DNA from: Nitrosomonas europaea
GTDB taxonomy: Bacteria; Pseudomonadota; Gammaproteobacteria; Burkholderiales; Nitrosomonadaceae
Reading direction: 5' to 3'
Assembly: GCF_900167395.1 (NCBI RefSeq)
Contig: NZ_FUWK01000025.1
Coordinates: 1 to 32,000 of the forward strand
Length of the DNA stretch: 32,000 nt
Position 1 is the stretch's first letter. The number at the start of each line of letters is the position of its first letter. The notes under the pieces are model-generated. The model saw only the letters and a program-made list of their open reading frames with translations, had not been told where the DNA came from and did no database searches. The position numbers were made by a program, and so were the translations under genes. Positions 27,672-32,000 of this stretch are shown here, one piece after another.

Positions 27672-28445
27672 TCATTCAAGTCTCTTCAGATAATCCTTGG
27701 TGAATATTTTGTCCGGCAGATCACGCAGTTTCATATCCGAGTAATCAAGTACTGAAACTTCACCTGACTTCAGCGCATCTTCCATGATGATGCGGGTTGG
27801 GCGCATCTCGCCGAGAATGTTGTCAAAATTCTCGTAACGGCTGGTCTTTAGCAATCGACCCGAAACAGAGTAGAACTCTGCTTTATACGGCCTGAAATTG
27901 GATTGATTTACCCATAACAACACTTTCTGGTAAGTGACTGAGCGATCTATACCAGTAAGTTCAAGGACATAGTAGTCTTCATCATCGATTGATTCATTAC
28001 GCAGCAGTTGCGGATGATAGTCACCAGTAAAGTTGGCGCGAGCAATATCACCGTTGGCAACCTGGCCGGTCAGCCGCTGGGAAAGTGATAGCCGTATCGG
28101 CTGCGAAACACTGGGCATGAAAACCCATAAATCACGCCCTTTCATGAGAATTGCCTGACCACGCTCGGATGCAGGCTCGGTAATCATGACGATGCTGTTT
28201 TCGTTACCCTTGGAAAGTACTTGGTAACGATACAGATCTTCTGCGTGATCAGGAGCAGCTGTGCGAATAGCGACATTGACCTGAAAGCTGTCCTGCGGGA
28301 AGCGAATTTCATCCGCTTTTTCCAGTATACTTTGGGCGGTTACGGCAGATTTTTCAGTTTCCACCGGGGATGAAAACGATGTGCCTCCCTGAGCCAGTAG
28401 AAAACAACCTGTTATCAATGAAAGTAATAAGGAATATAAGTTCAT
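27672..28445 (-). CDS. LolA-like outer-membrane lipoprotein-sorting (periplasmic carrier) protein
   Basis: The start was set at the ATG whose complement is 28443-28445 (MNLYSLLLSLITGCFLLAQG...), giving 257 aa with a signal peptide. The block ILMKGRDLWVFMPSVSQPIRLSLSQRLTGQVANGDIAR is typical of the LolA_like family. Confidence 0.65.
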   Translation of the reverse strand: MNLYSLLLSLITGCFLLAQGGTSFSSPVETEKSAVTAQSILEKADEIRFPQDSFQVNVAIRTAAPDHAEDLYRYQVLSKGNENSIVMITEPASERGQAILMKGRDLWVFMPSVSQPIRLSLSQRLTGQVANGDIARANFTGDYHPQLLRNESIDDEDYYVLELTGIDRSVTYQKVLLWVNQSNFRPYKAEFYSVSGRLLKTSRYENFDNILGEMRPTRIIMEDALKSGEVSVLDYSDMKLRDLPDKIFTKDYLKRLE

Positions 28446-28512
28446 ATTCAATCTCCATGAGTAAACTGTCCGGGTTAGACTACCCTGAAATCGTTCGTTC
28501 GGGGCCAGACAA

Positions 28513-29208
28513 GTGAGCAGCATCGTCCGCATTGAAAATGTATTCAAGGAATATACGCTCGGCACAAGCCGGGTTCATGCACTCAAGGATATCAATCTGC
28601 AAATCGGAAATGGGGAGTTTCTAGCCATTGCCGGTCCTTCAGGTAGTGGAAAATCAACATTGCTTAATCTAATCGGTTGTATCGATATTCCGTCTTCCGG
28701 AAAGATTTATATCGATGACCGGGATACTAGCGGGCAAACGCCAGATCAGCTATCAGAACTCAGAGCTAGAACTATCGGCTTTATTTTTCAGACATTTAAT
28801 CTTTTTTCAGTCTTGTCAGCAGAGGAGAATATTGAATACCCTTTGCTGCAATTCAAGGAATTGCGTGCTGCTGAACGCCGTGAGCGGATTGTAAAATTTC
28901 TCGACATTGTCGGGCTGGCCGAGTTTGCCGATCATCGACCTAATCAGTTAAGTGGTGGCCAGCGCCAGCGTGTCGCAATCGCCCGCGCTCTCGCCACCCA
29001 TCCCAAAATCATCCTGGCGGATGAACCAACCGCCAATCTCGATCACAAGACAGGCGAAGGTATTCTGCAATTGATGAAGGACATCAATCGCAACAGTGGT
29101 ACGACTTTCATTTTTTCAACGCATGATGCCAAAGTAATGGCCATGGCGGAGCGTTTGATACGCATCGAAGACGGACAGCTTGTCGGGGAAGATGCCGTTC
29201 ATACCTGA
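28513..29208 (+). CDS. ABC transporter ATP-binding protein, LolD/MacB type
   Basis: 231 aa. Walker A GPSGSGKST, Q-loop, signature LSGGQRQR, Walker B ILADEPT, H-loop STHD. GTG start. Confidence 0.9.
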   Translation: MSSIVRIENVFKEYTLGTSRVHALKDINLQIGNGEFLAIAGPSGSGKSTLLNLIGCIDIPSSGKIYIDDRDTSGQTPDQLSELRARTIGFIFQTFNLFSVLSAEENIEYPLLQFKELRAAERRERIVKFLDIVGLAEFADHRPNQLSGGQRQRVAIARALATHPKIILADEPTANLDHKTGEGILQLMKDINRNSGTTFIFSTHDAKVMAMAERLIRIEDGQLVGEDAVHT

Positions 29209-29219
29209 CCGATGCGACG

Positions 29220-30719
29220 ATGATTCTATACCCCCGTAGCGCTGTACTGGATTGCTTCGGCACGGCGTCTTCGCAAAGACGGGGTGTGGTGGCGCCAGCC
29301 AGTTTTTCACAGATCACAGGGCAGTCAGTCGGAAAAATCGGGGTTCTGTTCCTGTTGCTGATGGTGTTGTGGAGCGCGAATCTCTGCAATTCCTCAGACA
29401 TTACACCACTTTCTGCAAACAGAGCGAACGTCGGGCAGATGGTGCAAGCGTTTACCTTCGATGATTTATTCAAAGAGGATGGCCCCAGTTCCGATCTACC
29501 ACAACGTGTATTCCGGCAAACTTCTTCCTGGCGCGGATTTTCGCAACTGGAATTTGCTGAAACGATTGCCAGCCCCAAACATGCATCAAAACTGCGTTTG
29601 CGTTCTGAACTATCGAATCTTGGCCAGTTGAGCCCAAACGTAAAATGGAAGCTGAGTGCCCGCATCGATTACGATGCAATCTACGATCTGTCTGATTTTT
29701 ATTCGCGTCAGGTACGCCGGGATCAGCGGTTTGAGCTATTTCTGCGGGAAAATTATCTGGATTTTTCGATTGCTGATTTCGATGTCCGTGTAGGTCGCCA
29801 GCATATCGTCTGGGGAGAAATGGTTGGGCTGTTCTTCGCAGATGTCGTTTCCGCCAAGGACATGCGTGAGTTTGTGCTGCCTGATTTCGATATTCTGCGT
29901 ATTCCGCAATGGGCTGTCCGTACTGAGTATTCCAAAAATGACTTTCATGCTGATCTGATCTGGATTCCATTTGCCAGTCTGGATGAGATTGGTCGGCCAG
30001 GGGCTGATTTTTACCCATTCAAGCTCCCCGTTGCTGCACCAGTCAGTTTTTTGAAAGAAGATCGCTCCGGGCGCAACGTCGCTCACTCGAATTATGGAAT
30101 CCGGCTATCCCAGCTGACGAATGGCTGGGATGTCTCTGCATTTTATTATCACAGTCTCGATGCCACCCCTACTTTCCACCGGATCAGCCAGCCCTGGGAA
30201 CCGCTGCTGTTTCAGGCACGCCATGGAGAAATCGACCAGGCGGGCGGGACAGTGACTAAAGACTTGGGATCGGCGGTACTCAAGGGAGAATTCGTTTACA
30301 CGCATGGACGTCGCTTCAACGTGACCCGCCCGACTGCAGCGGATGGTCTGGTACGGCAGGATACTATTGATTATGCACTGGGGCTGGATTTCACACTACC
30401 ATCGGATATCCGGCTGAATTTGCAGTTCTTTCAGCGCGCGTATCTGAATTATGATCGGGATATTTTTCAGGATCGGCTGGAAAACGGGGGCAGCATTTTT
30501 CTGCAGGGAGACTTATGGCGCGATTTTCAGGGGCAGATATTGTTGATCCACAGTTTCAATCGTAATGAATGGATGCTGCGTCCGCGCCTTACCTGGAACT
30601 TCGCCAGAAACTGGAAACTGGCGGCAGGTGCAGATATTTTCAATGGCCCTCCCACTGGACTGTTCGGCCGGTTTGACAGCAGCGATAGAGTATATACCGA
30701 GCTGCGTTTTTCTTTTTAG
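29220..30719 (+). CDS. Outer-membrane beta-barrel protein, DUF1302 / alginate-export-like
   Basis: LRENYLDFSIADFDVRVGRQHIVWGEMVG matches the RxGRQxxxWGE block of these barrels. Alternating strands run throughout, and the C-terminus YTELRFSF is a typical OMP signature. The true start is uncertain because the hydrophobic signal segment only begins near residue 40. Confidence 0.55.
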   Translation: MILYPRSAVLDCFGTASSQRRGVVAPASFSQITGQSVGKIGVLFLLLMVLWSANLCNSSDITPLSANRANVGQMVQAFTFDDLFKEDGPSSDLPQRVFRQTSSWRGFSQLEFAETIASPKHASKLRLRSELSNLGQLSPNVKWKLSARIDYDAIYDLSDFYSRQVRRDQRFELFLRENYLDFSIADFDVRVGRQHIVWGEMVGLFFADVVSAKDMREFVLPDFDILRIPQWAVRTEYSKNDFHADLIWIPFASLDEIGRPGADFYPFKLPVAAPVSFLKEDRSGRNVAHSNYGIRLSQLTNGWDVSAFYYHSLDATPTFHRISQPWEPLLFQARHGEIDQAGGTVTKDLGSAVLKGEFVYTHGRRFNVTRPTAADGLVRQDTIDYALGLDFTLPSDIRLNLQFFQRAYLNYDRDIFQDRLENGGSIFLQGDLWRDFQGQILLIHSFNRNEWMLRPRLTWNFARNWKLAAGADIFNGPPTGLFGRFDSSDRVYTELRFSF

Positions 30720-30755
30720 TTGGTCGTTCTCAAAAAATGTCGGAAAATTTTACAT

Positions 30756-31967
30756 TTATATATTTTGTCGTAAGGCATCAACAACTGGTATACGTGAAAC
30801 ATGCCTGGCCGGCAGTATTGCCGCTAGTACAGTAGCAGTAAAGCCGATGCCTAATGCGAGTAGTAAAACAGACGGTGCGATCTGGATTCGGGCGATATAG
30901 CCAAGATCAGCATTGGGAGGGGGGGGCATGGGGATACCTATGGCGGAAATGGCCGTGGCCAGCAGTACCCCTATCCCGATTCCTAATCCTCCCCCAATCA
31001 ATCCCAGTAAAAGGTTTTCACTGATAATCAGCCGGAATACCTGATGGCTGTCATTACCCAGGGCCATCATCGTGCCGAATTCACCCACGCGCTCGAAAAT
31101 ACTCATATTGACGCTGTTGGCAACGCTGAGCAGTACCATGATCAGGATAATGATCTGCAGCACACCAAATTGCCCTTTATACATTTCCACCGTTTTTTCG
31201 TAAAAATCATTCAGTTCCACCCAGGTTTTGACTTCCAGGTCTGATGGTCCTAATGATTGCTTTAACTGTGCTGCAATCTGATCGGTTTCTTCTGTATGTT
31301 TCAGTGAAATGACGAGTGCGTTGACTCCTTGAGTGCCGAGCAGCTCCTGTGCGGCAGCTAACGGGATTCTGACAGCGCGTGCATCAAAATCGTTGGAAAA
31401 ACTCTGGAAAATACCCGTTACTTGAAAATCCAGACTATTGAGCGCACCATCAAGCGTGTTGACCAGTAATGTCACCGGGTCACCCGGTTTTAATTGCAGT
31501 GCCTGAGCGACACCTTTACCCAGCAAAATGCCGAATGTATCTTCGTCACTTAGCTGTCGTCCTGCGGTAATCTGTACAGAGCTACCCAGTTTCACTTCGT
31601 GTGACGGTTCCACACCCTCACCAATGATCGGCAGATCACTTTTACCATTGTTGAGCAATCCGGAGAAATTGAGCCGTGCCATGACCTGCGCAACTTCAGT
31701 TTCACCAGCAATTTGTTGCCTGATAGTATCGGGCGTATCTATCAGATATTTTTCCGGAGAACGTGAGCCGGCTTCATAGTACCCTTGGCGATAGATTTGC
31801 AGATGTCCACTTTGCGAGTGGATGAGCGCTTCACCCAGTTGAACATAGATATCCTGTACCCATCCACCCGCCAGAATGATACCGGTTACTCCGGCGATAA
31901 CTGCTGCCAGCGTCATCAGCGTATGGGTTTTTTGACGGAGGATATTGCGTAACGCGAGTTTGAACAT
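30756..31967 (-). CDS. ABC transporter permease, FtsX/MacB/LolCE type
   Basis: 403 aa. TM1 (residues about 17-35) is followed by an approximately 230-aa periplasmic domain and then three C-terminal TMs (FtsX domain). N-terminal MFKLALRNILRQK is typical. A GGAGAA Shine-Dalgarno lies upstream. Confidence 0.85.
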   Translation of the reverse strand: MFKLALRNILRQKTHTLMTLAAVIAGVTGIILAGGWVQDIYVQLGEALIHSQSGHLQIYRQGYYEAGSRSPEKYLIDTPDTIRQQIAGETEVAQVMARLNFSGLLNNGKSDLPIIGEGVEPSHEVKLGSSVQITAGRQLSDEDTFGILLGKGVAQALQLKPGDPVTLLVNTLDGALNSLDFQVTGIFQSFSNDFDARAVRIPLAAAQELLGTQGVNALVISLKHTEETDQIAAQLKQSLGPSDLEVKTWVELNDFYEKTVEMYKGQFGVLQIIILIMVLLSVANSVNMSIFERVGEFGTMMALGNDSHQVFRLIISENLLLGLIGGGLGIGIGVLLATAISAIGIPMPPPPNADLGYIARIQIAPSVLLLALGIGFTATVLAAILPARHVSRIPVVDALRQNI

Positions 31968-32000
31968 GATTCTCCGGGGGATATGGGCAAGCAGTTATGT

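Noticed and set aside
29108-30018. 185-aa and 182-aa - strand ORFs antisense to the ABC ATPase end and the barrel gene
   Set aside because: Their translations look like antisense noise (rich in Arg, Ser, Cys and Pro with no motifs), and the sense-strand genes have clear family signatures. They are only worth revisiting if the barrel start is revised.
1-32000. Search by eye for CRISPR arrays, long tandem or dispersed repeats, rRNA, prophage or defence-system genes
   Set aside because: None was seen. The only repeats noticed are short, such as TGTGGCGAT x2 at 5352-5369, which encodes WRLWRL, and the homopolymer tracts listed above. A computational repeat and self-dot-plot analysis would be needed to exclude subtler structure.

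Overview
The window looks like chromosomal DNA from a Gram-negative bacterium that uses the PEP-CTERM/exosortase system. It may be a betaproteobacterium of the Nitrosomonadales type, but that is inference from gene content only. Layout: (1) 1-296 is the tip of an IS5-family insertion sequence whose transposase runs off the window. It abuts a C-terminal fragment of a Wzx-type flippase (297-764). (2) 761-7415 (+) is a tightly coupled polysaccharide operon: CapA-like protein, ATP-grasp enzyme, three GT4 glycosyltransferases and a Wzy/EpsG-like membrane protein, with a strongly mosaic GC content. (3) 7496-8263 (-) is a stand-alone PEP-CTERM secreted protein. (4) 8475-14726 (-) is a close-packed run of hslV, hslU, thiolase, pgi and glgA. 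(5) A 483-bp gap with no convincing ORF is followed by a four-gene + strand cassette (DJ-1/PfpI, VOC, SAM-methyltransferase, GNAT) sitting where spoT follows rpoZ in E. coli. (6) Next come rpoZ, gmk, tRNA-Val(GAC), nudB, aspS and an FmdB-type zinc-ribbon protein. (7) Then manC and wecB (sugar-nucleotide supply), divergent from yajQ. (8) 25063-31967 is an envelope module: an OprO/P-family porin with a long N-terminal extension, a PEP-CTERM/exosortase-associated N-acyl amino acid synthase homolog, a LolA-like periplasmic carrier, a LolD/MacB-type ATPase, a DUF1302/alginate-export-like outer-membrane barrel and an FtsX/MacB-type permease. Block (8) is the most interesting candidate: a synthase sits next to a complete inner-membrane-to-outer-membrane route, and I know of no described function for this combination. 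I saw no CRISPR array, rRNA or prophage. All family assignments come from reading motifs by eye and need HMM or BLAST confirmation.
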